42,561 nt of DNA from a virus. A program made the translations under genes and the position numbers. This document shows, piece after piece, positions 27,024-36,380 of the stretch. Within the stretch, counting starts at the first letter, position 1; each line of letters begins with the position of its first letter. Location: UHGV virus genome UHGV-0163196; one strand, written 5' to 3'. The notes under the pieces are model-generated. The model did no database searches, was not told where the DNA came from, and saw only the letters and a list, made by a program, of their open reading frames with translations.

Positions 27024-27237
27024 TCAACACCTCTCTGGCTACCATGTAATGCAAACGGCGCATGATTCTCTTTCTAGTCCCTCATGTACCGAATCAAAGC
27101 GAAATCCGGCGAATAAATCCGCACATGTTCGGAGTGTCATTTTTATGGTTCAGGCCAGTAACGCCGTATGATTCCGAACGATAACGCACTGATTAATAGA
27201 TATTAGTTGCATAAGGTACAGATATGCAGTCATTGGA

Positions 27238-28458
27238 TTATCCTTTGCGGTTAGACCAGAAGTCGGCGTTTTGTTTGTTCAGGGAAGCGATGCTGGTCAT
27301 GCCCATATTTGGACGTTGTGCATCGCCCGTGGTGCTGCGGGTGTTTCGCCCTTTGGCAATCTCTGACACGGCGTTAAACGCCATATCTACCGATTGCTTG
27401 GGCAATTTGCGGATATCTGCATCACCGACAACCTGGCGAACCAGTGTTTTGTCAGCGGCGGACAGCACATCACGTTTGAACGCGGTCGGTTTCACCTTAC
27501 GGCTCAGATCGATACCCGGGACGATAACTTCGGCACGATAAGCAGCGTCACCAGTAATCGTGGTTTCTTCTTCATCGTCCTCGCCGTCACCGGTCGGATT
27601 ATCGTCAGGCTTATTGTCGTTATCGCCCGTCGCAGTTCCTTCGAGCTTAGCCAGCAGGGCTTTGAGCAAGGTTTTGATATCGTCCTCGCCGTCGCCGGTT
27701 GGCTCTCCGCCCATTTCCGGCTTTTTGTCCGGCAATGGTTGCTGCGGTGAAAGGTTAATGTTGAGGTTAACGCCGCTCGGCAGATCCCCTTCGTCACCCG
27801 TTACCGCCGCTGGCGCAGAGTCCAGCAGTTCGTTCATGGTGTCAGCGTCACCCGTTTTGATGGCCGTGCGCATGCGGGTCCACCAGCTTTTCTTTTGATT
27901 TGCCATTGTGTCTCTGTCTCCAATTGCACAACGATTTCCGGCTCTGCCTTTGGGGACAAGAGCCACATGGTTTCCGGTAATATCGACCTGCTCGGCTTTA
28001 CCTGGCTCGGTCTGCTCGTACTCCGCGTCATAGCCGCACGACACTTCACGCAGGCCATCTTCGATAAGCTGAATGGCGTTTTCGTCTTTGACGATAAGGT
28101 CAGCCAGCATCAAATCAGACTGATCACCAGTCCCGCGCCGAACGTTCTGAAGATGCCCGACCGCAAGCTCTTTCCAGTTCTCGGGGTTGACCAGCCGCAC
28201 ATTTCCGTTTTCATCTTCAGGATGCAGGATCGTGATGCTCATCCCTTCGAATGAGGCGAGCGTGGCCGGATGGAATACCTGCTCAGGAGAGCGCGTTACG
28301 ACTATTTCACCGAACTTATCGGGTTTCAGTTTTGGCAGGTCATCAGCACCATAGAGCTGCTTACCTGTTCGTCCTATCGGCACGTCTTTGCACAGCAGCG
28401 AGCCGTCAGCCAGCTGATAACGGGTTTCCCCCAGCCGGGTATTGAAAAAATATTTCAT
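27238..28458 (-). CDS. Capsid scaffold/maturation protein (putative), with acidic Gly/Asp-rich linker
   Basis: 406 aa ORF downstream of the head-morphogenesis gene; central low-complexity acidic region. Confidence 0.45.
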   Translation of the reverse strand: MKYFFNTRLGETRYQLADGSLLCKDVPIGRTGKQLYGADDLPKLKPDKFGEIVVTRSPEQVFHPATLASFEGMSITILHPEDENGNVRLVNPENWKELAVGHLQNVRRGTGDQSDLMLADLIVKDENAIQLIEDGLREVSCGYDAEYEQTEPGKAEQVDITGNHVALVPKGRAGNRCAIGDRDTMANQKKSWWTRMRTAIKTGDADTMNELLDSAPAAVTGDEGDLPSGVNLNINLSPQQPLPDKKPEMGGEPTGDGEDDIKTLLKALLAKLEGTATGDNDNKPDDNPTGDGEDDEEETTITGDAAYRAEVIVPGIDLSRKVKPTAFKRDVLSAADKTLVRQVVGDADIRKLPKQSVDMAFNAVSEIAKGRNTRSTTGDAQRPNMGMTSIASLNKQNADFWSNRKG

Positions 28459-28472
28459 GGTTTACCTGCGAT

Positions 28473-29246
28473 TCAGGCGAGATAAGAATGAGGGTTGGGG
28501 AAGACGATTTCTTTGTAACAGCGGCAGTTCGGGAGCTCGCCAGCGTGACCGGTCATGCCGTCAAGCGTTGGAGGTCGGCCCCATTCGACAAACTTCCCTT
28601 CCATCTCTCGATGAGAATGCCGGACGTCGCCATCTTCGGCTGTACGCCAGATATAACCATTCGAGCCGATTGACAGCGCACGCGCCTGATCCAGTGCACC
28701 GGTTGCGCGCCCAAGCTCAGTCCGGGCGATAAGGTTCGCTCGTGAGCGTGACACGTCACCGGAAGCAGCTATCTCTTTCGCGAATGGCTCAGCGCGGCCA
28801 CCAGTTACTACAGCCTCGATGGCCTTGTTCTGAATGTCATACACCCGATCGGCGGCCTCAAGAGGCAGAGATTTGATGTACTTAATTTGCTCGGCGACGA
28901 TGGATTTCATCACCTGGCCTACCGGGGCGCGGTCAACCATGTTGCGCAGCTCTGCGCTGATGTTCCGGCTGTGCTGACGCCACTGCTTTTCATTCTGGCG
29001 CGCTATGTCTGCGGTGAAGTTCTCAGCAACCTTCGTCGCCCAGGGGGTGATGATTTCGCTGTAGCGCTCCAGCGCATCCATTATTTCGGTGACGCTATCG
29101 TTTGAACCATCGTAGCGCCCATTTACGATATCCCCGACCGCCCGCGCTATCTGCCGTAGGCTCGTTCGATATCGGATCTCCGCCTGGCGACTCTGGCGGT
29201 TTGTCGCCAAGTTCGCCGATGCCTGGCGGCGCTTCGTCTTCGGCAT
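28473..29246 (-). CDS. Head morphogenesis protein (Mu F / SPP1 gp7-like)
   Basis: 257 aa ORF immediately after the portal gene, with a conserved C-terminal region resembling Mu_F proteins. Confidence 0.65.
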   Translation of the reverse strand: MPKTKRRQASANLATNRQSRQAEIRYRTSLRQIARAVGDIVNGRYDGSNDSVTEIMDALERYSEIITPWATKVAENFTADIARQNEKQWRQHSRNISAELRNMVDRAPVGQVMKSIVAEQIKYIKSLPLEAADRVYDIQNKAIEAVVTGGRAEPFAKEIAASGDVSRSRANLIARTELGRATGALDQARALSIGSNGYIWRTAEDGDVRHSHREMEGKFVEWGRPPTLDGMTGHAGELPNCRCYKEIVFPNPHSYLA

Positions 29247-30564
29247 TCTCGATATCCTCGTCGGTAATGGATGCCCCGATGCCGGTGACGTCAGAGTTTT
29301 CGCGCAGGTCGGTCATCGCCGCCTTACGCGTCATCAATCCGTCGCCCAGCGCGGTACTGATCGCGTTGGTGGTGTTTACGGCCACCGTTGATCGGTCAAC
29401 GTCTGACATTTGCCATAGCGGGTTAAACTCAAACGTGAAATCGTCCGGCAGCGGCTTTCCGAGTTCCGAGCGGTGCATAATGTCCAGTATCCGGCGCATC
29501 GGCAGCCGTAAGCGGCGCTCCTGCAATGAGCTCACCCGGTCGTAATAGTTGGCGAGGTCTGCATCACCAGTAGAGAAGCCTTTCGGGGATTGACCGAACA
29601 GGCGTACCAGCGGGATACCAACGGCACCGCTGATCTGCTCAGCAAACTGCGAAAGAATGTCATCCAGACCGCTGAAGCTGTACTGGTGGGTTTCGAACTT
29701 ATCCCGCGAGTCCATGAGCGTCATGCCTTCATTGCTCTGGAACTGGCGGATCAGGTCGATGTTCTTCAGCAGCGCCTCGAACGCCGGGCCGCCAAGCGCG
29801 ATAAGCTCGCGCAGCTTCTCCACGCTGTAGGTACGCAGATGTGCTTTGTAGACCAGCTGCGCCGCGCCGACAGTGGCGCTGTCGAACGCAGTAAGCCGAT
29901 CCCAGATACGCTCTACAACCGACATTCCCCATTCGTTTTCGGTCATCTTCTGCTGGAATGGCAGCGTGACGCCATCAAAGCGGATCAGGCGGCTGTGATG
30001 GATGCGCCAGGCCGGAATGCCCGTTGCGGTGGTCACCACGTCGTAAAACTCAGGCTTGCCGAGGTCCGGCCCCATCTCTTTAATGCGGCGTGTCAGCACC
30101 GGGTTAATCATCCAGCGGTCGAGCGGGAGAATGCCCTTAAACTTGCCCTCGCCAATGGTTTCGAGTCGCAGCGGGGTCATTGGTGCTTGCCCCTCGATCA
30201 TGATGAAGCCGACCGCGCCGCCGTAGAGGCGCGACCATTTCAGCACGTCGTTCAGCGCATCCCAGATCTGCAACTCATCCAGTTGCGCTTCGAGGGTGCC
30301 ACGGTCTTTGGCGTCAATCTCCGAAGTGATGCGAATGCCCTTTCGGGTCATATCGTCCGGGATAGCGTCGACCGCTTCACCGATAACCCACGAACCGCGA
30401 TATGACCATTCCACCAGCATGCGGTTGCGGCTGGTGGAGTTCGCCCGGTAGGTCGATGCTGAATGCTGGTTAGGCGTCTGCATCCCAACGCGGGCGACGA
30501 AGTTCTCGTAGCTGTCAGCGGTGGGCTGTGCCGTTCGCTGAGAGGATTGCTTGTTTCGTGCCAT
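29095..30564 (-). CDS. Portal protein
   Basis: About 490 aa ORF directly downstream of terL; start probably at MARNKQS. Confidence 0.7.
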   Translation of the reverse strand: MARNKQSSQRTAQPTADSYENFVARVGMQTPNQHSASTYRANSTSRNRMLVEWSYRGSWVIGEAVDAIPDDMTRKGIRITSEIDAKDRGTLEAQLDELQIWDALNDVLKWSRLYGGAVGFIMIEGQAPMTPLRLETIGEGKFKGILPLDRWMINPVLTRRIKEMGPDLGKPEFYDVVTTATGIPAWRIHHSRLIRFDGVTLPFQQKMTENEWGMSVVERIWDRLTAFDSATVGAAQLVYKAHLRTYSVEKLRELIALGGPAFEALLKNIDLIRQFQSNEGMTLMDSRDKFETHQYSFSGLDDILSQFAEQISGAVGIPLVRLFGQSPKGFSTGDADLANYYDRVSSLQERRLRLPMRRILDIMHRSELGKPLPDDFTFEFNPLWQMSDVDRSTVAVNTTNAISTALGDGLMTRKAAMTDLRENSDVTGIGASITDEDIENAEDEAPPGIGELGDKPPESPGGDPISNEPTADSAGGRGYRKWALRWFKR

Positions 30565-31967
30565 CAGGCTTGCCTCCCGAGCAATTCCCAAATATCCATT
30601 GTTGTATCGGTCGGCGCGAACGCCATTATGAAAGCGTCGGCAATGTTAGGTGAGGGGATATCGCGCTTAGCCAAATCTTTCTTGCTTTCAACCATAACCC
30701 TACCGTTACGATCAAAGTCTCGGTGCGGGGTCGTCAGCTCAAGCTTTAGTTTCTCCAGGTGCGGGCACGATGAATCGATACTTATCAACTCATCAACAGG
30801 ATATTCCTCTCCATTTTTCACCGCGTTGAACGTATTACGAAAGCGATCAGCTACCAGCCACCATGCCTGGGCTTTCAGATTGGCAAAGAAGTCTTTATTC
30901 GGAATGCCGTTATATTCAGAATCTGGCTCGTTCACACCAGCGCCAGCATTGAAGCGTTGATAATTAACTGGTCGTGAATAAGGATTTTCACGTCGTCTGT
31001 CTTCGTTAATTTCCGAGAATTTAGCACCAGCAGAAGCGCCAACACCAATGGAGTCATAAACGATATCAGCACTTCTCTCTGTGGCTGCCTGATATGCCCG
31101 CTGGCAGCTTTTAAGAAGCTCGTCTTCTTTTGCCTTCCATTCATCAGCCCAATACACAACGGAGCCATGACGATAAACATTGGAGCACTTATCCGCACCG
31201 CTATCGGCAACGTCGAAGCCTATTCGCTTTCGTCCGTTTGGCTCAAAACCAAGCACCTTATGGGCATCTATTGCAGCCTCAATCCACGAAAGTTTAATAA
31301 TTGCCGCGTCATCATCAGATTCGGGAACCCCCATATAAACGTGGTCAAACCCCTCCGGATCACGACGCTTTGCAGCCGAGATAACCTTAAGCATGGTGTC
31401 TGAGAGGAATGGGTTTTCGTCGTAATTGATTTTTCTCACCAACGTATCTTCTGGTGGATCAACAACGAAATTACGCCATACAAAGTCAGTCACCAGACCA
31501 GGGTTAAAAATAAACCAGCATTCAGATCCGCTTTTACGAATGGTTGGTTCCAGTATCTTCCACTGGTATTCCGTTAGTGCATGGGCTTCTTCAAGCCACA
31601 AAACGCTGATACCTTCCAGGGATTTAATTTCTTCGATATTGCGCCATAAACCGTAAAACACGAATTCTGAGCCAGTGACCCGGTTGATAATTTTATTATT
31701 CAGAATTCGGAAGCGATGCCGCAGCCCAAACCGTTCAATCTGTATTTTGAGCAGGGTATAAACCGACTCTTCGATTTTGTTCTGAATTTGACGTGCGCAA
31801 CAGAAACGCAGGTTGTATTTATTTGCCAGAAAGACAGCAAACCCAGCAGCATCCCATGACTTTGACGATGAGCGCCCACCAAAAAGTACTTTATTTCGAG
31901 CCTGTGTCGTCCAGAAGTTCCTTAGGGCCGGATTCAGGGTCGGTTTGGATGTCAGAGTAGAAGTCAT
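30564..31967 (-). CDS. terL: Terminase large subunit (start uncertain)
   Basis: ATPase plus nuclease architecture (…VLFGGRSSSKSWDAAG…, …VLWLEEAH…); overlaps the 3' end of terS. Confidence 0.8.
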   Translation of the reverse strand: MTSTLTSKPTLNPALRNFWTTQARNKVLFGGRSSSKSWDAAGFAVFLANKYNLRFCCARQIQNKIEESVYTLLKIQIERFGLRHRFRILNNKIINRVTGSEFVFYGLWRNIEEIKSLEGISVLWLEEAHALTEYQWKILEPTIRKSGSECWFIFNPGLVTDFVWRNFVVDPPEDTLVRKINYDENPFLSDTMLKVISAAKRRDPEGFDHVYMGVPESDDDAAIIKLSWIEAAIDAHKVLGFEPNGRKRIGFDVADSGADKCSNVYRHGSVVYWADEWKAKEDELLKSCQRAYQAATERSADIVYDSIGVGASAGAKFSEINEDRRRENPYSRPVNYQRFNAGAGVNEPDSEYNGIPNKDFFANLKAQAWWLVADRFRNTFNAVKNGEEYPVDELISIDSSCPHLEKLKLELTTPHRDFDRNGRVMVESKKDLAKRDIPSPNIADAFIMAFAPTDTTMDIWELLGRQA

Positions 31968-32646
31968 TAAGGTCACGATCTCCATTACCGTCATCAACGC
32001 CAGCATCACGACGAAGGCGATCCGCTTCCAGAGACACTTTGTCAGTGGAGGCGAGCCGATGCTCTATAGATGCCTTTGTGAATTCCAGCGACTCAATGCG
32101 GGCCGTGTTACGGTGCATGGCTTTTTGCGCAGATGAAATTAGCTCGTGAAGATTATTGGCGGTATCGCCATCAGCTATTTCAAGCTCAGTCTGCCAGCGG
32201 CCAATATTTTCAGCAGCGGTAAGGTTCGCCGCACGCAACCAGAAAAGCTCATCATCAAGAGTGAGCGCCTGAGCATCCTCGGTAATGGCATCAGATAGAA
32301 GCATTCGGCGTCCATAGCCACCATGCTTCAATGCGTTCTGATTTCCGGGTCTGGAATTATAATGAGCGCGTTTCGTTTCTGGTGAGTTTGATGGTTTTGC
32401 GACTTCGCAGTTATCCACTAAGCCCGCTGGTGGCTTACTCTTTGCCACTTTCTCCTTTTGCGAATTCGCAGTTTTATTCGCACTTTTCTTTTGCGAATTC
32501 GCACTACCATTCGCAATTTTGATATAGCGCTTTGCAGTCGAGTAATTCAGTCCCTGCGCTTCACACCATTCTTTGGGGGAAATGCCGGTTTTGGCATGTT
32601 CGGACAGGAACCGTTGCTGAAGCTCGCCCCAGTCCGGCTTTGCCAT
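31891..32646 (-). CDS. terS: Terminase small subunit (HTH N-terminus)
   Basis: 251 aa directly upstream of terL; N-terminal HTH-like segment (ISPKEWCEAQGLNYSTAKRYI); contains palindromic DNA repeats. Confidence 0.55.
   Translation of the reverse strand: MAKPDWGELQQRFLSEHAKTGISPKEWCEAQGLNYSTAKRYIKIANGSANSQKKSANKTANSQKEKVAKSKPPAGLVDNCEVAKPSNSPETKRAHYNSRPGNQNALKHGGYGRRMLLSDAITEDAQALTLDDELFWLRAANLTAAENIGRWQTELEIADGDTANNLHELISSAQKAMHRNTARIESLEFTKASIEHRLASTDKVSLEADRLRRDAGVDDGNGDRDLNDFYSDIQTDPESGPKELLDDTGSK
32459..32516. repeat. Palindrome TGCGAATTCGCA x2 plus ATTCGCA half-sites inside terS (candidate pac/TerS recognition site)
   Basis: Full copies at 32459-32470 and 32492-32503, half-sites at 32476-32483 and 32508-32516; encodes the repeated peptide ANSQK. 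Confidence 0.4.
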
Positions 32647-32702
32647 GAATATTTCCTCTTAATGACATTATCGAAGCCCCTCAGTGAAGGGCTTCTGTAA
32701 TG

Positions 32703-32888
32703 TCAGTCCCGGACGAACGTAACCTTTGTGGTTATCATTCGCCGCACAAGGCGCGCTACTTCGCGTTGCATTTCATCAATTACTTTTGGCGTCAGTGGTT
32801 GATGCGCATATTTACGCTCAATCTCTGCAAAAATCCCGTTCAGCACCTCGCTGTCTGGTGGGATAACTTCAACGTTTAATCGTGCCAT
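32703..32888 (-). CDS. Small hypothetical protein (61 aa)
   Basis: Internal start MARLNVEVIPPDSEVLNG… of the 90 aa track ORF; lies between the spanin genes and terS. Confidence 0.3.
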   Translation of the reverse strand: MARLNVEVIPPDSEVLNGIFAEIERKYAHQPLTPKVIDEMQREVARLVRRMITTKVTFVRD

Positions 32889-33147
32889 CGGTTTGTCCTG
32901 CCCTGTTGTTCTCGAAAATCCTGATATCAGCCTTATCCCTGTTGCACTGCGCCAGCGCTGACAGCAATGCGACATTCAGGTCAAGACTTGCTCCCCACGT
33001 AAACGGGTCGGGTAAGTCTGGCTGGGGTGTTTCAGCCGTCAGGTTGGCTGGTAACGGAACCACCGGAACTGGAACGTAGACCGTTCGCGTAGTCGTGCAG
33101 CCGCTTAACTGCGCCAGAAGGCACAAAACGAACAGCACAATCATCAT
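32869..33147 (-). CDS. Rz1-like o-spanin lipoprotein (overlapping Rz in another frame)
   Basis: Internal start MMIVLFVLCLLAQLSGC with a lipobox, proline-rich mature region; begins inside Rz and extends past its stop. Confidence 0.5.
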   Translation of the reverse strand: MMIVLFVLCLLAQLSGCTTTRTVYVPVPVVPLPANLTAETPQPDLPDPFTWGASLDLNVALLSALAQCNRDKADIRIFENNRAGQTDGTIKR

Positions 33148-33424
33148 CCGCAACAGCAGCCTTGATATCGTTCTCGGTTCTCTGTGACTCCAGTGTGATC
33201 TGCTGTTTTGCATGCTGGTTAGCCTCCAGAACTGTATTGACGATTTGCAGTGATTGCAGGACGTTATTGGTAATGACAGTTGCCGATTTGGCATTTTGTA
33301 CAGCCTCATCAGCACGTTTCTTTTCGTGCTGATATTTGCTGTAGTAGTGGTTGGCAGACCAGATGAAAGAACCGATGACAGTAAAGAAGAATGCAGCGAT
33401 AACCAGCTTATATCTCAGCTTCAT
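33032..33424 (-). CDS. Rz-like i-spanin
   Basis: 130 aa with an N-terminal transmembrane segment ([17 protein letters not shown]) and helical periplasmic domain, directly after the endolysin gene. Confidence 0.6.
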   Translation of the reverse strand: MKLRYKLVIAAFFFTVIGSFIWSANHYYSKYQHEKKRADEAVQNAKSATVITNNVLQSLQIVNTVLEANQHAKQQITLESQRTENDIKAAVADDDCAVRFVPSGAVKRLHDYANGLRSSSGGSVTSQPDG

Positions 33425-33884
33425 TTACTACCCCACCAGCTTTTTTAAATCGGGCAATCAGGTCACCGATTTTATGTTCATACTGACCGTAACCTGCACC
33501 AGGTAACGACGCCCATATATTGCTGCAACGGTCGATTGCCTGACGAATATCACCGCGATCAATCATCGGTAAAGCGCCACGCTCTTTAATCTGCTGCAAT
33601 GCCACAGCGTCCTGGCTTTTGGGAGAGAAGTCTTTCAGGCCAAGCTGCTTGCGGTAGGCATCCCACCAACGGGAAAGAAGCTGGTAACGTCCTGCGGCTG
33701 TTGATTTGAGTTTGGTGTTTAGCGTGACAAGTTTGCGAGGGTGATCGGAGTAATCAGTGAATAGCTCTCCGCCTACAATGACGTCATAACCATGATTTCT
33801 GGTTTTCTGACGTCCGTTATCAGTTCCCTCTGACCACGCCAGCATATCGAGGAACGCCTTACGTTGATTATTGATTTCCACCAT
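33408..33884 (-). CDS. R: Endolysin (lambda R-type lytic transglycosylase)
   Basis: 158 aa, near-identical to lambda R over most of its length ([42 protein letters not shown]…). Confidence 0.9.
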   Translation of the reverse strand: MVEINNQRKAFLDMLAWSEGTDNGRQKTRNHGYDVIVGGELFTDYSDHPRKLVTLNTKLKSTAAGRYQLLSRWWDAYRKQLGLKDFSPKSQDAVALQQIKERGALPMIDRGDIRQAIDRCSNIWASLPGAGYGQYEHKIGDLIARFKKAGGVVNEAEI

Positions 33885-34191
33885 CTTCTACTCCGGCTTT
33901 TTTAGCAGCGAAGCGTTTGATAAGCGAACCAATCGAGTCAGTACCGATGTAGCCGATGAACACGCTCGTTATATAAGCGAGATTGCTACTTAGTCCGGCG
34001 AAGTCGAGAAGGTCACGAATGAACCAGGCGATAATGGCGCACATCGTTGCGTCGATTACTGTTTTTGTAAACGCACCGCCATTATATCTGCCGCGAAGGT
34101 ACGCCATTGCAAACGCAAGGATTGCCCCGATGCCTTGTTCCTTTGCCGCGAGAATGGCGGCTAACAGGTCATGTTTTTCTGGCATCTTCAT
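33868..34191 (-). CDS. S: Holin (lambda S type, dual-start)
   Basis: 107 aa, essentially identical to lambda S107 including the Met1-Lys2-Met3 dual start. Confidence 0.9.
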   Translation of the reverse strand: MKMPEKHDLLAAILAAKEQGIGAILAFAMAYLRGRYNGGAFTKTVIDATMCAIIAWFIRDLLDFAGLSSNLAYITSVFIGYIGTDSIGSLIKRFAAKKAGVEDGGNQ

Positions 34192-34311
34192 GTCTTACCC
34201 CCAATAAGGGGACTTGCTCTATTTAATTAGGAATAAGGTCGATTACTGATAGAACAAATCCAGGCTACTGTGTTTAGTAATCAGATTTGTTCGTGACCGA
34301 TATGCACTGGC

Positions 34312-34346
34312 AAAACGGCAGGAGGTTGTTAGCGCAACCTCCTGCC
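34312..34346 (-). terminator. Perfect 12-bp-stem hairpin (possible weak terminator or RNA element)
   Basis: ggcaggaggttg/caacctcctgcc at 34317-34346 with a 6-nt loop, followed on the minus strand by GUUUUG. Confidence 0.3.
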
Positions 34347-34517
34347 ACCGCTTTCACGAAGGTCATATGTAGAAGGCCGCAGCATAACTATCACTGATGA
34401 ATTCAGGATAGCCAGTGGCTACGGCTCAGTTTGGGTTGTGGTGGTTGGTGCTGAACTCCAACTTGAGGCTACCCATCCTAGCCCGAAGCTAGGTGCTCAC
34501 CTCTGAGCGTTAGCGCA

Positions 34518-35027
34518 TCAGCCTGCGCATTCACCACAATTCTTGTTGTAACTTCCGAATATTTTTTCCCTTTCCGAAGTCACAAATTTTATAGCATCCT
34601 CTTTGCGTTTAAATGTCTTGAAGGCCGCAGTTTTTCTATTAACAAAAACACGAGCATGCCAAAGCCTATCTCTCGAGTGGAAACAAACACCACGACAACC
34701 AGACCGGTTCCTTTTCGAGGTTATTGTGTTCATGTTGTTTTGCGATCTGCTAACAAGCCTAAGATTTGATATCCTGTTGTCGTCTCTTATGCCATTCACA
34801 TGATCTATTTCTAAGCCGCTATTTATTTCGCCATTGCACAAAATCCACGCCAGACGATGAGCAAAGTATCTTTTACCTCCTAAAGATATTTGCCTGTAAC
34901 CGAACGAATTCAGCGAACCAGCAATCATGCCAGGCTTAGATCTTCCTGTTTTTACCTTCCACACGAAGATGCCGGTAGATGGATTAAATGACAAAGATTC
35001 TTTAATGCGTTCACTTGTTAAAAGCAT
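34518..35027 (-). CDS. HNH endonuclease with AP2-like DNA-binding domain
   Basis: 169 aa with HNH motif (…EIDHVNGIRDDNRISNLRLVSRSQNN…) and a C-terminal AP2-like region; AT-rich; sits in the Q-S cargo slot. Confidence 0.7.
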   Translation of the reverse strand: MLLTSERIKESLSFNPSTGIFVWKVKTGRSKPGMIAGSLNSFGYRQISLGGKRYFAHRLAWILCNGEINSGLEIDHVNGIRDDNRISNLRLVSRSQNNMNTITSKRNRSGCRGVCFHSRDRLWHARVFVNRKTAAFKTFKRKEDAIKFVTSEREKIFGSYNKNCGECAG

Positions 35028-35241
35028 TGCGTAAACCTTTTAGAAAGCGAGCCTGTCTCACAGAAAAGCCGCCCGAGAGAGGTCGCCACCTATAACGGCA
35101 TTTCTCAGGCTCGCTTACTGAAAGGATCTCGTTAATATGCGCGTGAGATGCGCTGGAGGGATAACAGGAAAGAGCACTGCATGGTTTTACCATTACATCC
35201 GAAGATTTATCTGGTGTAGTCAATGCTCTTACCTGTTGTGC

Positions 35242-35269
35242 AAATAAAAAAGCCCACAGGCGGTGGGCT
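35242..35269 (-). terminator. tR'-like intrinsic terminator downstream of pR'
   Basis: Stem agcccac/gtgggct at 35251-35269 with a run of A on the plus strand at 35246-35251 (U-run on the minus transcript), about 40-60 nt downstream of the putative pR' start. Confidence 0.55.
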
Positions 35270-35296
35270 TGTGATGGTTGCTGAATGCAAAAGCGG

Positions 35297-35340
35297 CAGC
35301 ATATGTGAATATTATGGCTAAATGGCTAATTGCATGTCAA
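35297..35340 (-). promoter_or_regulatory. Putative late promoter pR' (qut region)
   Basis: Minus-strand TTGACA (plus 35335-35340) and CATAAT (plus 35311-35316) with ~18-nt spacer, overlapping the 3' end of Q. Confidence 0.4.
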
Positions 35341-35836
35341 GGCTTTTAACAGCAACATGCTTAACTTTCTCAACACGTTTACGCATTTTGAAAGCATTTT
35401 GCATTGGTTGGTACAAAACAAATAACGACGATTTCAGGATGTCGTCAATTTCGTTTCTACAGGTTGCCAGTGAAGGTTTTCTCCATCCCTCGCCACCACG
35501 TCCACACATCTTGCGTGGCTTTGCAGTCGCGTGATAGTAGGATGCAATTGCTCGCTTTGATGAACCATGAGCGTAGTAGCTGAGGAGGATGCCAAAGGCT
35601 TTCTTGTCAATGTACATGACGGAATCGACGACCTGAGAAATCAACATTCCATCATCATCATTACACATTGGCCTTGTCATAACTCTTCCCGGCTCTACGC
35701 TCTCCATGAACTTAGCTATTACGCTGCTCATACGCTTTTCCAGACGACCTGAATAAACCCATGCGCCCCACAGTTCAAGCCAGCCATTCAGCCAATCGTG
35801 CTGTTCTTTGGTGAGGTTTAGTTCTCTTATGCTCAT
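35318..35836 (-). CDS. Q: Late antiterminator Q (QuuD-like family)
   Basis: 172 aa; WLELWGAWV…TRPMCNDDDGMLI resembles QuuD-type Q proteins (…ERWGAWA…RPQCCDDDAMII…); last gene of the nin block. Confidence 0.65.
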   Translation of the reverse strand: MSIRELNLTKEQHDWLNGWLELWGAWVYSGRLEKRMSSVIAKFMESVEPGRVMTRPMCNDDDGMLISQVVDSVMYIDKKAFGILLSYYAHGSSKRAIASYYHATAKPRKMCGRGGEGWRKPSLATCRNEIDDILKSSLFVLYQPMQNAFKMRKRVEKVKHVAVKSLDMQLAI

Positions 35837-36021
35837 CGTCTTCCCCTTTTGCCCTGTTTGACCATCAGGACGCCGTTAACTATTACGTGACGCTCGCCTT
35901 TGCTGTCTCGGTTGTACTTGAGCACTGTTCCTCTTGCGCAGGAAAGCATCCTTGCCACTTCGGTCTGATTGCCTCGTGTCTGGATAAGAAGCTCTGGTAT
36001 CGTTTGAATTGTGGCGTTCAT
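35833..36021 (-). CDS. ninH: NinH-like DNA-binding protein
   Basis: 62 aa; …YGNQTEVARMLSCARGTVLKY… matches the lambda NinH HTH region. Confidence 0.7.
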   Translation of the reverse strand: MNATIQTIPELLIQTRGNQTEVARMLSCARGTVLKYNRDSKGERHVIVNGVLMVKQGKRGRR

Positions 36022-36380
36022 GCGTTCTCCAGTTCGGTGATTTTTATTCCAAGCCGTCCGCCTGGTACTTTCACGCCACGAATTACGCGGATGTCATCGA
36101 ATTGCTCGTCATCTTCCGCAAATCCGGCGTGGATAAGGGAGTCGAGTAAACCTTTCAGGATGTTATCGAGGTCGCGGCGGCGGGAGTCTGGAACGTCTGC
36201 GATGACTTTGATGCGGAGTCGTGATTTGGTGAAAATGTCTAACTTAAGTTGGCGGATGATTTGCTGAACGTCTTTTCGGTATTTCTGGCCTTTATCGCTT
36301 ATGTAATATTGGCTTCCCCGTCTTCGCCAGTAGGTATTCACCGACGGCGGGTATGGAAGCACAAACTGATATTCGTTCAT
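36018..36380 (-). CDS. rusA: RusA Holliday-junction resolvase
   Basis: 120 aa with RusA hallmarks (…DVPDSRRRDLDNILKGLLDSL…GGRLGIKITE…). Confidence 0.85.
   Translation of the reverse strand: MNEYQFVLPYPPSVNTYWRRRGSQYYISDKGQKYRKDVQQIIRQLKLDIFTKSRLRIKVIADVPDSRRRDLDNILKGLLDSLIHAGFAEDDEQFDDIRVIRGVKVPGGRLGIKITELENA

Larger units (their letters stand above)
14738..27237 (-). mobile_element. P4/PICI-like satellite element inserted between helper scaffold and decoration genes (boundaries approximate)
   Basis: Co-oriented block with P4-type integrase at the right end, AlpA, a second tyrosine recombinase, an alpha-like primase-helicase with adjacent iterons, and a TerS-like protein at the left end; flanked on both sides by same-strand helper head genes. 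No att direct repeats could be resolved by eye. Confidence 0.6.

Noticed and set aside
29590-30405. 271 aa plus-strand ORF within the portal gene
   Set aside because: Antisense shadow ORF in GC-rich coding sequence; the minus-strand portal gene is well supported.
32647-32702. Hairpin between the small upstream ORF and terS as a terminator
   Set aside because: The stem gaagccc/gggcttc is present but no U-run follows on the minus transcript; more likely a weak structural element.
34192-34517. tRNA or toxin cargo (stx-like) between Q and S
   Set aside because: No ORF other than the HNH endonuclease and no tRNA-like sequence features were seen by eye; a covariance-model scan would be needed to exclude a tRNA.
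35011-35223. 70 aa minus-strand ORF between tR' and the HNH gene
   Set aside because: Lies in the late leader region directly after tR' with no clear RBS; likely non-coding.
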